DNA of 57,596 nucleotides. Origin: Candidatus Tayloriibacteriota bacterium. GTDB taxonomy: Bacteria > Patescibacteriota > Minisyncoccia > Phycocordibacterales > UBA6065. Location of the stretch: NCBI GenBank assembly GCA_016215405.1, contig JACRJQ010000002.1, positions 1 to 57,596 of the forward strand, given 5' to 3'. This document shows positions 29,738 to 40,010 of the stretch, piece after piece. Both the position numbers and the translations under genes were made by a program. A model generated the notes under the pieces. The model searched no databases. It saw nothing but the letters and a program-made list of their open reading frames with translations, and was not told where the DNA came from. Positions within the stretch are counted from its first letter, which is position 1. The number at the start of each line of letters is the position of its first letter.

Positions 29738-30216
29738 GGTAGCTCGAAGACAAGGCTCTCATATCCTCAGAAAAAATGGAAGCGATAGGAGCGTTAGGGT
29801 TGGGCTATGGAAGAGAATGTAGCGGACGAGAGTTTTAGATGGGGCTTTAAGCATAGGGAAGGATTATATATGTATGTCGCACAATATATCTTTCCGGTAA
29901 TATAGCCTATAATAGGCCATAGGATATATAGGCTCTGGTCGTTCCTGCCGCTTCAGCCCTTTTGGATCCTCATGGTACCTAAATGCGACTCCTTAGATCT
30001 CGTCGTAACGATTCTGATCATGAAGTGTATCCCGCTTCTCTATCTCTAGACGTGCCTCTTGCAAGGCCCTTCGATGCGCCTAAGCGCCTTTGTCGCGCAC
30101 CATGAAGCCTTTATCGTTATCCTCTATGGTTCCGTCATTTGCGAATAATAGTCGATAAAACGGCTTACTGTGGCCGTTTTATCGATTGAATGACAATATG
30201 CGGCCTTGTTGAGCCA

Positions 30217-31017
30217 TTATCGGGCGCTCAGTGCCTTCGTAGGGGCGCCGGAGGCATAGAGAGCCTCCACTTCGGATGCCACGAGAGCTTTAGTGAACAC
30301 CTGTAGGTCATCAAGCTTGCCCTGGAGCGAATACGCGCCTCCGAGAGTCTGTCCGAACCTGATCGACGAGTCGTTTATCGTAAGGGCCGTGGTGTCGGCG
30401 CTGTCGGTGTCGAGCTTGCCGTCAACATAGACCTTTCTCCTTACGTTGTCGTAGGTCATGACGAAGTGATGCCATTGGTTTATGGTCGAGTTCGAGAGCG
30501 TGAAATTTCCTTGGATCTCGACGTTCTCTATCGAGGTTGCTATCCTCGACGAGCCGGCGAAGAAGAATATCTGGACGTCCCAGTTGTCGGTGCCGCTATA
30601 GAGGATGTCGTAGCTCGAGTTCACGCGCTCCGGCTTGAACCAGAACGCGATGGTAAACGGAGACCCGCTTACGAGGGGCTGATTGAATTGAAGGTAGTCG
30701 TTTATGCCATCGAAAGAGACAGAATATCCGGAGCCGGAGGGTGTATCCGACGACCATGCGATGCCGTTTCCGAGCGTGGCGTTCCTGTCGAATCCCGATG
30801 AGTCCTTCGCCGTCGTGCCGGCGCCTTCGGTAAAGTCCCAAACTCCCGTAGCGAGCTCCCCTGCCACTCGAAAGACTTGAGCCGAGAAGGACCGTATCGA
30901 GGCGATCCTCGCTTTCTCGCGAGCGCTGTTAAGGGACGCTAGAACGACGCTCGAGAGGAGCGAGATGATAGATATGACGACGAGAAGCTCTATGAGGGTA
31001 AAGGCTCTGTTTTTCAC
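30217..31017 (-). CDS. Type IV pilin-like protein fused to a LamG domain
   Basis: AFTLIELLVVISII prepilin motif; WHHFVMTYD..GKLDDL LamG. Confidence 0.9.
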   Translation of the reverse strand: MKNRAFTLIELLVVISIISLLSSVVLASLNSAREKARIASIRSFSAQVFRVAGELATGVWDFTEGAGTTAKDSSGFDRNATLGNGIAWSSDTPSGSGYSVSFDGINDYLQFNQPLVSGSPFTIAFWFKPERVNSSYDILYSGTDNWDVQIFFFAGSSRIATSIENVEIQGNFTLSNSTINQWHHFVMTYDNVRRKVYVDGKLDTDSADTTALTINDSSIRFGQTLGGAYSLQGKLDDLQVFTKALVASEVEALYASGAPTKALSAR

Positions 31018-31134
31018 AGGATCTATTGTATCAGGCGCCTTGCGGGGCTTTCTAGAGAGTAAGAAACGAGCGGGCGCTTTATAAACGAACCATCGCCCTA
31101 GCGATGGTTCGTTTGCCTCTCATCTGAGAGCCAT

Positions 31135-31452
31135 TTATTGGTCTAGGGGCCTGTATGGCTCCGAACCGATGTTGAGTATCCTGTTTCCGATATTCTCGAG
31201 CTCGGTGGGCGCGCCGGCGTTTATACGGCCGAGGTTGTTCGTGAATGCCTGCCAGAGGAGGCCGATGAAGATGTTGTTCCAGAAATAATTGACCGGGTTC
31301 TTGAGATAGTTATCCCAGACGTATGTGACGCCTCCCCAAGCGTATCCCAGATTGTTCTGAGTGACAGGAGCCTCGATGATCGCTCTGAGGTCATAGCCGA
31401 AAAAGCTCAAGACTATGATCACTATGAGCGCAAGGACGATATATTTGATCAT
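31135..31452 (-). CDS. Small membrane protein
   Basis: N-terminal TM; ATG 6 nt after TATACT. Confidence 0.7.
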   Translation of the reverse strand: MIKYIVLALIVIIVLSFFGYDLRAIIEAPVTQNNLGYAWGGVTYVWDNYLKNPVNYFWNNIFIGLLWQAFTNNLGRINAGAPTELENIGNRILNIGSEPYRPLDQ

Positions 31453-31557
31453 GGATTCAGTATAGCAAAAACGCGTCAAAATGCTTTTCGCTTATGCACA
31501 GAAATCGAAGGCCCGCCTGTTGCGAAGGCGGGCCTGGAAATAGCCTCGGTCGCCGTT

Positions 31558-31815
31558 TTAGCGGTAGCCGAGCCTGCGAAGAGAGATCTGGCCGTCGATC
31601 ATGTCGACGAAGGGTCCCAAGACGGGCTCCTTCTCCACCATGGTGCGGAGCTTTTTGAGCTGGCGAAGGGGTAGAACCTTGATCACCAGGTTGAAGAGCT
31701 CCATGAGGGCCTGACTCTTTTCGTCTTCGGGGAGCGTGGGGAGCTCCGCGAAGCCTTTTTTGACGTATCGTTTGAGTTGGGTGTCGAGCGGTATAACGGT
31801 ATTGTTTTTTTTCAT
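31558..31815 (-). CDS. Hypothetical protein
   Basis: 85-aa ORF followed by a hairpin (~31510-31535). Confidence 0.55.
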   Translation of the reverse strand: MKKNNTVIPLDTQLKRYVKKGFAELPTLPEDEKSQALMELFNLVIKVLPLRQLKKLRTMVEKEPVLGPFVDMIDGQISLRRLGYR

Positions 31816-31961
31816 GTTGGGCCTAGTCCTGCTTTCGGGCAGCGTAACGATCGAACGCGTCCTGAAAGCGGGGCTACCAGCCTCATGAAAATCCCCTGCC
31901 TCCGGATATAAAGCTTGCTCCTTCCTCGCGAGAAAGTCAATGAGGGAAGGCGTCTCCCCTC

Positions 31962-33275
31962 TTACGGCTTTGGAAGGTATGCCATCGGGTCGAGATACGC
32001 TGTCGGAGGCGCCGCGACCGTCTTTATGCCCGCGCAGCGCGAGGAGCCGAGCGTCGATGAGTCTACGATACGGATGCCTTCCGTAGCGTAGAGTCCCATA
32101 TGAAGATGAGGGCCCGTGGCGTATCCTGTGTCGCCGCTATAGCCGATCACGTCGCCTGTGACCACTGTGTCGCCGGGCTTTACCGATACGACCGAGAGGT
32201 GGCCATAGATAGTCGATAGGCCGTTACCGTGCTTTATGAGGACGAATTTACCGTATTGGCAGCCGCTCTTGTGCTTCACGGCCTCCGTGTCCGTAACCGT
32301 ACCGGAAAGGGCCGTTCGCACCTGGGTGCCGACGGAGGCTCTCAAGTCGATGCCGTTATGCGTTCCCGAGGTGTAGAGTCTCTTCGAGGCGCTCGTCTTG
32401 CCGAAATATTGCGTTATAGACACCGACGAAAGAGGCCAAGAGAGGAGGCCTGGACGGGCGTCCGGCACGGCGGACGGGTCGATCGTTATCTTGAGTTTCG
32501 ATTCGTAGTCGAATAGCTCCTTCTCGTACTGCTCTCGGAGCTTTATCTTATCGTTGAGGATCGCCTTGTAGCTCGCCTCCTTGTTCTGGGTGTCTTTAAG
32601 GAGCTGGTCCTTTTGAGCCTTGCTCTGCTCGACGACCTTCGTCTGGTCTGAAAGCGTCTTTCTGTAGGCTTCGAGCTTCGCCTTCTCCCCTATCGCTTGG
32701 TCGAGCTTCGCGCCCAAAAACTCCCTCTCGTCTTTGAGGTCTTCGAGCCCGATCTTCATCTGGCCGTTTATCGTGCGCAAGGAGTTCACGTAGTCCCAGG
32801 TATCGGAGATGCTCTTGCTCTTGAGAAGTTCCTCTATCGCTGACTGGTCCTCCGCTTGGCTCATGTTGCGTATGGTCTCTGACATGGCCATCGAAGTAGA
32901 GGCGAGCCTCTTCTCTGCGGCGTCTATGTCGATCTCGAGCTCTTCTAGGGTGAGCGCGGTCTTGCTTATCTGCGTAGAGGTGAGCTTGAGATTCGTCTCG
33001 AGCTTCTTTTGGGTGAGCTCGAGCTGCTTGAGCGCTGTCTTGAGCGTTTGCGCCTCCTTCGACGTCGCGTTAAGGAGGGTCGAATACTGGTCTATCTGCT
33101 TTTGCAGGTCCTCTATCTTCTTGTTGTTCTCGGTTATAAGCGATCGAAGCTCGTTCGCGGATTGGGCAGAGGCGGTTTCGCGAGAGAGGAGCGCCCCGCA
33201 AAGGACGACCGCGACGATCGCCGAAACGTATATCGCTTTCGAAAGGTCGGTCATTCTTATTTTATGCTGTTTCAA
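31962..33275 (-). CDS. Coiled-coil M23 peptidase (EnvC/CwlO-like architecture)
   Basis: Long coiled coil, HNGID, YGHL, GPHLH. Confidence 0.9.
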   Translation of the reverse strand: MKQHKIRMTDLSKAIYVSAIVAVVLCGALLSRETASAQSANELRSLITENNKKIEDLQKQIDQYSTLLNATSKEAQTLKTALKQLELTQKKLETNLKLTSTQISKTALTLEELEIDIDAAEKRLASTSMAMSETIRNMSQAEDQSAIEELLKSKSISDTWDYVNSLRTINGQMKIGLEDLKDEREFLGAKLDQAIGEKAKLEAYRKTLSDQTKVVEQSKAQKDQLLKDTQNKEASYKAILNDKIKLREQYEKELFDYESKLKITIDPSAVPDARPGLLSWPLSSVSITQYFGKTSASKRLYTSGTHNGIDLRASVGTQVRTALSGTVTDTEAVKHKSGCQYGKFVLIKHGNGLSTIYGHLSVVSVKPGDTVVTGDVIGYSGDTGYATGPHLHMGLYATEGIRIVDSSTLGSSRCAGIKTVAAPPTAYLDPMAYLPKP

Positions 33276-34680
33276 CCGGCTTCGCGGCGAGGGAGCACTT
33301 CGTAAGCGCTGCCTCCAGGCGCTTTACAGTCTCAGCTTTTCCTAATATTTCAGCGAGAGTGAACGGATTCGGGGACTTATCCTTTCCAGAGAGCGCGAAA
33401 CGGAAAGGCCACAGGACTTGTCCGCGCCCCTCGGCTTCCGCGTACGGCCATACTAGCGCCTTTACTGATGCCTCGTTCCATTTCGCGTCAGAGAGCCCTT
33501 TGAGGGCGGTGCGTATGAATCCGAGGTGCTTTTCGGCTCCAGAGAGGTCGCTATCGGTCTTCCATTTGAGGGATATCGCGTCATAGACGGGATCTCCGAA
33601 GAAATAATCGAGATCGAGGGATTCGACCATCGTCTTTATATCGTTGTAGGTCTCGATCCTATCGAGAAGGACGGGCGCGAGCCTTTCTATCTTCTCTTCG
33701 CTCACGTCCCATTTGAGATCCTTCGCCCTGTCGGTCGATCCGACGATCTCACGGGCCTTCTTGGCGAACTCTTGCCGAGGAAGGCGCTTGAGGTGCTCCT
33801 TGTTCACCCACCGAAGCTTCTCTTCGTTGAAGATGCCCCCGCCTTTCTGCACCTTCGAGAGGTCGAATGCCTTTATAAGCCCGGCGAGGTCGAATATCTC
33901 CTCGGTCGTCCCGGGATTCCAACCCAAGAGGCACATATAGTTAAGGAGCGCGCTCGGGATATATCCCTGATCGCGATAATGCGTCATCGGCTTCGCTCCG
34001 TGCCTCTTGGAGAGCTTCGAGCGGTCGTGGGCGAGGACGAGCGGCAGATGGGCGTAGATCGGCTCTGGCGCGTTGAGCGCCTCTTGGATAAGTATCTGTC
34101 GCGGTGTGTTCGAGATGTGGTCTTCGCCTCGGATCACATGGGTGACTCCCATAAGGTAGTCGTCGAGGACCACTACGAAATGGAATATAGGCTCGGTCAC
34201 GCTCTTCGCTATCACGAAATCGCCCAGCTCCGTCGTATCGAACTCGATATCGCCTCGTATGAGGTCGTGGAATCGGACCTTCTTGTTCGGATTCCTAAAG
34301 CGGATGACCTCCGTGCGCCTCTCTCCTTCCCCTCCCTCTTTGGCCTCTTCCTTCGAGACATACGCCTTGTCCTCGGCGATGAGCCTTTCGAGGTGCTCTC
34401 GATAGATATCCGTCCTATCAGACTGGCGGTGTATCTCGTCGTACGGGATGCCTAGCCACTGGAGGCTCTCTACTATGTTCTCCTCATATTCTTTTTTCGA
34501 TCTCGCTCGGTCCGTATCCTCTATGCGCAATATGAATTTGCCTTCGTGCTGCTTCGCGTAGATATAGGAGAACACTGCCGTCCTATAGCTTCCTGCGTGA
34601 AAATAGCCCGTAGGAGACGGCGCGAAGCGCGTCACCACCTTTGGCTTGCTCTTAAATAACGCTTTTATGGCCCGTATCAT
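33262..34680 (-). CDS. gltX: Glutamate--tRNA ligase
   Basis: RFAPSPTG, LRIEDTD, VIRGEDH, KLSKR. Confidence 0.96.
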   Translation of the reverse strand: MIRAIKALFKSKPKVVTRFAPSPTGYFHAGSYRTAVFSYIYAKQHEGKFILRIEDTDRARSKKEYEENIVESLQWLGIPYDEIHRQSDRTDIYREHLERLIAEDKAYVSKEEAKEGGEGERRTEVIRFRNPNKKVRFHDLIRGDIEFDTTELGDFVIAKSVTEPIFHFVVVLDDYLMGVTHVIRGEDHISNTPRQILIQEALNAPEPIYAHLPLVLAHDRSKLSKRHGAKPMTHYRDQGYIPSALLNYMCLLGWNPGTTEEIFDLAGLIKAFDLSKVQKGGGIFNEEKLRWVNKEHLKRLPRQEFAKKAREIVGSTDRAKDLKWDVSEEKIERLAPVLLDRIETYNDIKTMVESLDLDYFFGDPVYDAISLKWKTDSDLSGAEKHLGFIRTALKGLSDAKWNEASVKALVWPYAEAEGRGQVLWPFRFALSGKDKSPNPFTLAEILGKAETVKRLEAALTKCSLAAKPVETA

Positions 34681-34860
34681 AGCTCACAGTATACCGCTTT
34701 TAAGGCTCCCTCATCCTTGACTTTCTCCCTGCGCGGGTGTCTAATCTGACGTTGAAGCCGCACCGCATATCCAGTCTCGGGCATCCGCCTGAGGCGTGCA
34801 AACGGCAACCTTCCCGAAAGGGACGGTCGCGATATCAAGGAATCGCGCGTTCATCGTATT

Positions 34861-35325
34861 ATGAACTTCGATACCACGACCCCGTTCGGGGCAAGCTACG
34901 CCAACAGAGCGATCTACCGTCAGATGCAGGAGGATTTCGCCCTCAGTCCAGACGTCCTTTCGACCTTTATCGAGGAGAGCGCGATCCGTCACCGCGAAGA
35001 CCCGCTTACCCATGCGGCAAAGCTCCGCGCGCAGACAGCGGTGCTCTTCTCGGAGCGCCTCTATCAGGCGACGACGATCCTGCGGGGCTGGGAGACCGTC
35101 AAACCCTTCATCGAGAGCCCAGACTACGGCCTTAGCCGGTTCTTCGGACTCGACGTCATGGAGCTCGTGGAAGAGTTTCGTCGTAAATACCGCGGAGCGT
35201 CGGGAGCGGGAGACCCCGCTGACGCCGCAGGCTATATGCGCGAGGCCATCAAAGCCGTCGTCGAAGGATCGTTCGACGAGGCGATCGAGATCATCAAGGA
35301 GAAGATCCCTCCCCCAGCCGCGTGA
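34861..35325 (+). CDS. Hypothetical protein
   Basis: 154-aa ORF divergent from gltX, followed by a hairpin and T-run. Confidence 0.55.
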   Translation: MNFDTTTPFGASYANRAIYRQMQEDFALSPDVLSTFIEESAIRHREDPLTHAAKLRAQTAVLFSERLYQATTILRGWETVKPFIESPDYGLSRFFGLDVMELVEEFRRKYRGASGAGDPADAAGYMREAIKAVVEGSFDEAIEIIKEKIPPPAA

Positions 35326-35380
35326 TGCTCCTTTCCCTCTATCTGCGACAGCGCCCTCCTCCGAGGCGCTGTTTTATTTT

Positions 35381-36508
35381 TTATTGAGCGTGAGTGAGCG
35401 CGATCTTCAATATCTCGCGGGCGATCTTGTCCGCCGCGTCTTTGTGCGCGAACGCCTCGGCGCCCTTTCTCATGGCGTCCGCTATGCCGGGCTTCTCCAT
35501 GATCCTCTCTATCTCCGCCGAGAGCACGTGAGGCGTCAGGTTGACCTCCTCTATGACCGAGCATGCGCCTGAAGCGGCGTACGCGAACGCGTTCGAGGTC
35601 TGGTCGTGGCTTATCTCCTCAGGTATCGGGATGACGATCGACGGGATGCGCCAGAGAGCGATCTCGAATATGGTAGATCCGGCGCGCGATATGACGAGAG
35701 ACGCCGCTCCCGCCGCCATGCGCAAGGAGAACGAGTTCAGATAGGCGAACGGCTTGTACCTATCCCTGTGAAGGCTCTCGTTGAGGATGACCGCCGCGGT
35801 ATTCGCCATCTCCTCTAGATTGTCTTTGCCCGTCTGATGGATGACGCAGTACCTCTTCACGAGCTCCGGCAGCACGTCGATCAAGGCCTCGTTTATCCTC
35901 TTTGATCCCTGCGAGCCTCCGAGGATAAGGATGACGGGAACGGCTTCCTCAATCTTGAAAAATTCTCTCGTCCCCTCTTTTATCGGCTCCATGACCTCTT
36001 TTCGCACAGGGTTTCCCGTGAACGCGACCTTGCCTTTAGGAAAATATTCCGCCGCCTGCGGATACGATACGGCGATCCTTTTTGCGAACTTCGACGCCCA
36101 CAGGTTCACTCGCCCTGGGTGGGAATCCGATTCGTGGATGACGACCGGGATGCCGAGGAGCCTCGCCGCGAGAAGGACCGGGAACGAGACATAGCCGCCT
36201 TTGCCGAACACGACGTCAGGGTAGATGCGCCAAACCGTAAAAAGCGCTTTGATGACGCCTATTAGGGTCTTTATCGCGTCGGTAGCGTTGAGAAGAGAGA
36301 AATATCGGCGGACTTTTCCCGCATGGGACTTCTCGAAGATGATCCCGTTCTCGAAGAGCGCCCTTTCGTCGTATTTCGATGGCGCCATGTAATAGAGGCC
36401 CGGGTCGAGGAGCTTGTCCTCTTTGGCGATCTTTCGTATCGATTCCGCGATGGCGACGATGGGATAGAAGTGCCCTCCGGTCCCGCCTCCAGTGAGAAGG
36501 ATTTTCAT
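35381..36508 (-). CDS. murG: MurG glycosyltransferase
   Basis: GGGTGGH, GKGGYVS, TGNPVR, GGSQGS, SRAG. Confidence 0.96.
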   Translation of the reverse strand: MKILLTGGGTGGHFYPIVAIAESIRKIAKEDKLLDPGLYYMAPSKYDERALFENGIIFEKSHAGKVRRYFSLLNATDAIKTLIGVIKALFTVWRIYPDVVFGKGGYVSFPVLLAARLLGIPVVIHESDSHPGRVNLWASKFAKRIAVSYPQAAEYFPKGKVAFTGNPVRKEVMEPIKEGTREFFKIEEAVPVILILGGSQGSKRINEALIDVLPELVKRYCVIHQTGKDNLEEMANTAAVILNESLHRDRYKPFAYLNSFSLRMAAGAASLVISRAGSTIFEIALWRIPSIVIPIPEEISHDQTSNAFAYAASGACSVIEEVNLTPHVLSAEIERIMEKPGIADAMRKGAEAFAHKDAADKIAREILKIALTHAQ

Positions 36509-36585
36509 GATTAAAAGATTATATCATGGCTATTTTTTCTTTTGAGGGCTATTTTATATGGATACGTTCCCGCCCGCATTGCCCG

Positions 36586-36716
36586 TTTCTTTTTAGCCCA
36601 TCCGCATTTTCTTCGCTGCGAAACTTATCTTCGAGGGCTCGGCGGGGCATTGAAGAGAAGAAGGCCCTGGTTCGCTCCGCGAACCAGGGCCTTTCTTACC
36701 TACTCCGTCCATTTCC
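36586..36716. repeat. Dispersed structured repeat, module A
   Basis: Shares TCCGCATTTTCTTCGCTGCG and GGCCTTTCTTACCTACTCCGTCCATTTCC with 19952-20208. Confidence 0.85.
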
Positions 36717-36745
36717 CTTGTTGAGGTTAACGGTGGCCTTAAGAC

Positions 36746-38539
36746 TTAATCATGCAACCCGATCTGAAGCTCGTAGAGCCGCCTGTATTCGCCGTCTTTA
36801 AGCTCGAGGAGCTCGCCATGCGTCCCCGATTCGACGATCCTGCCCTCTTTAAAGACGAGGATCTTGTTCGCCTTGCGGACGGTCGATAGCCTGTGGGCGA
36901 TTATGAACGTCGTACGGCCCTCCATAAGCCCTTCGAGGGATTCGGTGATTATCTTCTCGGATCCCGCATCAAGAGCCGACGTCGGCTCGTCGAGTATGAG
37001 TATCCGAGGCTTCCGGAGGATGGCGCGAGCGATAGCGACGCGCTGCTTTTGGCCGACCGAGAGTTTTACGCCCCTCTCGCCCACGAGCTGCTCCCACTTG
37101 TCGGGGAATCTCTCTATGAAATCGAGGGCGTGAGCCTTTTTCGCCGCGACATCGAGCTCGGTCTCGGTCGCCTCGAAATTGCCGTATCTTACGTTGTTCT
37201 TTATGTTGTCGTTGAAGAGGACGACCTCCTGAGGGACCACCGCTATCTGCGATCGGAGGTCCTTCAGGTTGAGCCTCTTTATATCCCGCCCGTCTATGCT
37301 CACGACGCCCTTCGTCGGAAAGTGGTAGCCCGATACGAGGTCTATGAGGGTCGACTTCCCCACGCCCGACTCGCCAACCAAAGCGACGATCTCCCCCGGC
37401 TTCACTGAGAAGGTTATGTCTTTGAGTATCGGCTTGGATTCGTCGTAATGGAACGATACGTCGTCAAACGAGATCGCGCCTTCAAGCTCTATCGGCTCTG
37501 ACCCCTTCGGCGCGTAGTCCTCCGTAGGAGTCTGGAAGATCTTTTCGGTCTCCTGGACGTTCACTATCCCGCTGTGTATGGTCTGCCAGTTCTGGGCGAT
37601 GGTCACGAACGGGCCGAAGAGCATGGCCGCATAGGTGTTAAAGGCGAGGAGCTCGCCGATCGTCATCGATCCCCCTCGGATATAGTAGATCGATATGACG
37701 AAGATCGCGAGCTGGGTCGCGAGTATGGTAAAGCGCTGATAGAGGGTAAGGTTGCTCCACACCTTGGTGAGCTTCATCCAGAACGGCAGGGCGCTCCTCA
37801 TCTGGGTCATGAGCCTGTGCTGCTCGTGCACTTCCGCGGTCGCCTGCTTTATCGCCGCCGTATTCGCGATCGCGTCGTACGCGTCGCCGAAGCCGCGCCA
37901 TATCCTCTTCCTGTACTCCTTGTGATATCCGGAAAGAGGCCGTACCCCGATGACGAGGGTAAAGAGATATATGGAGAGCCCGAAGACGAGAAGCCCTGCG
38001 AGGACGGGGTTCATGGCGAAGGTGATGACGAGTGCGATCACGATCGAAAGGAGCTGCGGCCCTAGGTTTATGACGATCCTTCCCGCGATCACCTCGAGAG
38101 AGTGCGCGGCTGTATTTATCTTGTCGCCTATCTCGCCTACCTTGTGCTGCTTGTGGAAGGAGAGCGGCAGCTCGAGCAAGAATCCGAATCCCTTTATGAG
38201 GTAATCGACCCAGATCCTATTCGAGAGGAATTCGCTAAGGATGCTTATCCTCCAGTCGAGCAGATATGTGACGAATTGGACGAGGGCCCAGATGGCGAGG
38301 ATCGCCGCGAACAGCGGCACCGCGAATCCAAAGACGTCCGCCGAGGAGAGGTCAGTGATCGAGTCGAAGAACCTTCCAGCTATGTAAGGTATGGCCCCGT
38401 TCCCTACCGCGGAGAACGTTCCCATAAAGATGAGGGCGAGGATCTGCTTCCTGTATTGGCCCAGATACGAAAGGAGCACCTTGAATCCGGTGTAGAGGCC
38501 CTCTCTCGTTATCTTGTCTTCGGCGGTTTCGTTATTCAT
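36746..38539 (-). CDS. ABC exporter, fused TMD-NBD (MsbA/MdlB-like)
   Basis: GESGVGKST, LSVGQKQR, ILDEPT; N-terminal TM domain. Confidence 0.93.
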   Translation of the reverse strand: MNNETAEDKITREGLYTGFKVLLSYLGQYRKQILALIFMGTFSAVGNGAIPYIAGRFFDSITDLSSADVFGFAVPLFAAILAIWALVQFVTYLLDWRISILSEFLSNRIWVDYLIKGFGFLLELPLSFHKQHKVGEIGDKINTAAHSLEVIAGRIVINLGPQLLSIVIALVITFAMNPVLAGLLVFGLSIYLFTLVIGVRPLSGYHKEYRKRIWRGFGDAYDAIANTAAIKQATAEVHEQHRLMTQMRSALPFWMKLTKVWSNLTLYQRFTILATQLAIFVISIYYIRGGSMTIGELLAFNTYAAMLFGPFVTIAQNWQTIHSGIVNVQETEKIFQTPTEDYAPKGSEPIELEGAISFDDVSFHYDESKPILKDITFSVKPGEIVALVGESGVGKSTLIDLVSGYHFPTKGVVSIDGRDIKRLNLKDLRSQIAVVPQEVVLFNDNIKNNVRYGNFEATETELDVAAKKAHALDFIERFPDKWEQLVGERGVKLSVGQKQRVAIARAILRKPRILILDEPTSALDAGSEKIITESLEGLMEGRTTFIIAHRLSTVRKANKILVFKEGRIVESGTHGELLELKDGEYRRLYELQIGLHD

Positions 38540-38554
38540 GGATCGATAAGGATA

Positions 38555-39664
38555 TCACATCGCCCTGCCTATCCTAGCCTTCCTGGATATGTTAAGGAGC
38601 ATGCCTGAGACCGCGAGGACGAAGAAAAGCGCGGTGCCGCCCTGCGATACGAACAGAAGAGGTATGCCCGAGAGGGGCAGCACTCCGAGCATGGCGCTTA
38701 TGTTCACGAACGATTGCGCGATGACGAAGGTCGTTATGCCCACGGCGAGAAGCCCGCTATACGCGTTCTCGGCAGCTCCTGCTATCCGCAGCGACCGCAT
38801 GGCGAAGAAGACATAGAGCGCGATAAGGGCAACGCTCCCAAAGAATCCGAATTCCTCGGCCGCGACCGCGAATATCGAATCGCCCACCGGCTCGGGGAGG
38901 TAGTTGAATTTCTGTATGGACTGGCCGAAGCCGCGGCCCGCAAGCCCGCCCGATCCTACCGCTATGAGCGACTGCTGTATCTGGTAGCCCGCGCCCTGGC
39001 TCGATGCGGAAGGGTCGAGGAAAGTCTGTATGCGCGACATCACGTAAGGCCGTGTGAACGCGAGAGCCGCGAGGCACAAGGCGCCTACGACCGCCAGGAT
39101 GGCAACGTGCTTCCACTTCCCTCCTGCAGAGACGTACATGGCGAGGAGAGACGCTCCGATTATAGCGAGCGTGTCAGTATCCGGCTGCGCGAGGAGGAGG
39201 ACCGAGACGATGACGAGCATCGCGACGAGAGGGAGAAACCCCATCTTCCATTCCGAGGCGCGCTCTCTTGCGTACGCGAGCCATGAGGCGAAATAGATGA
39301 CCGAGGCGATCTTGAGAACCTCAGAGACCTGCAGAGAGAACGAGCCGATAAGGAGCCATCGCGTCGCCCCTCCGTGAGAGAGCCCTAAACCGGGTATGAA
39401 CACCAGGACGTTAAGGACGATAGCTCCGATGAATATCCAAAAGGAGAACTTGCGCCAAAGGGCCACGTCGAGGCGCGAAAAGGCGTAAAGCGCGATGAGG
39501 CCGGGGATGAGTCCGAGATATATCTGCTTCCAGACAATAGAGCTCATATAGCCCGAGTCCCTTTCAAGGAGCCCTAAGGACGCCGAGAGGAATATCAGGA
39601 AACCGGCCCCGACGAGGAGGAGTATCGATATGAGGAGCTGTATATCCATTCGATTCTGCTTCAT
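38555..39664 (-). CDS. ftsW: SEDS glycosyltransferase, likely FtsW
   Basis: GATRW, SEVLK, QPD, YLPE..DSIF, PLLFVSQGG; close to murG. Confidence 0.85.
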   Translation of the reverse strand: MKQNRMDIQLLISILLLVGAGFLIFLSASLGLLERDSGYMSSIVWKQIYLGLIPGLIALYAFSRLDVALWRKFSFWIFIGAIVLNVLVFIPGLGLSHGGATRWLLIGSFSLQVSEVLKIASVIYFASWLAYARERASEWKMGFLPLVAMLVIVSVLLLAQPDTDTLAIIGASLLAMYVSAGGKWKHVAILAVVGALCLAALAFTRPYVMSRIQTFLDPSASSQGAGYQIQQSLIAVGSGGLAGRGFGQSIQKFNYLPEPVGDSIFAVAAEEFGFFGSVALIALYVFFAMRSLRIAGAAENAYSGLLAVGITTFVIAQSFVNISAMLGVLPLSGIPLLFVSQGGTALFFVLAVSGMLLNISRKARIGRAM

Positions 39665-39687
39665 GGCCTACATGATATCACGCAAAC

Positions 39688-40004
39688 AAAAAGGCCCCGG
39701 AGAATGTAATCTCGACGGGGCCCTATAGTTTGGTGGCTGACGCGAAGACCTTCCTTCGTTTCTTTGGCGTCAATCGGCGCTGTCCTGCATCGGAAGGATG
39801 CGGGAGGGCCTTACGGTCGCGGACTGAGTGCGACCGAACCAAGGGTGACTAAGAGCTTGTAACGTGCGCTCGGCCGGGGCTCTTCGGACGCTTGTCCGAG
39901 AGGCAGCGAGCTGCGACGACTCTTGAACCTGTCATGGTAATCCGCTCTGGTCGATCGAAGGGCAAACGACGGCCCTGTGCCAGCAAGCGGAACTTCAATG
40001 ACCT
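39688..40004 (-). ncRNA. Candidate ~315-nt structured non-coding RNA (unassigned)
   Basis: TTGACA-16-TATAAT promoter, at least five hairpins, U-tailed terminator, no convincing ORF. Confidence 0.55.
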
Positions 40005-40010
40005 ACCCTT

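Noticed and set aside
34805-34840. c-di-GMP-I riboswitch
   Set aside because: The GAAA-capped hairpin resembles one stem, but the following GCAAA and second stem are missing.
39688-40004. tmRNA, RNase P RNA or SRP RNA
   Set aside because: It ends in CCACCA but has no GGGG 5' acceptor strand or T-arm, no GAGGAAAGTCC and no SRP helix-8 motif; kept as an unassigned RNA.
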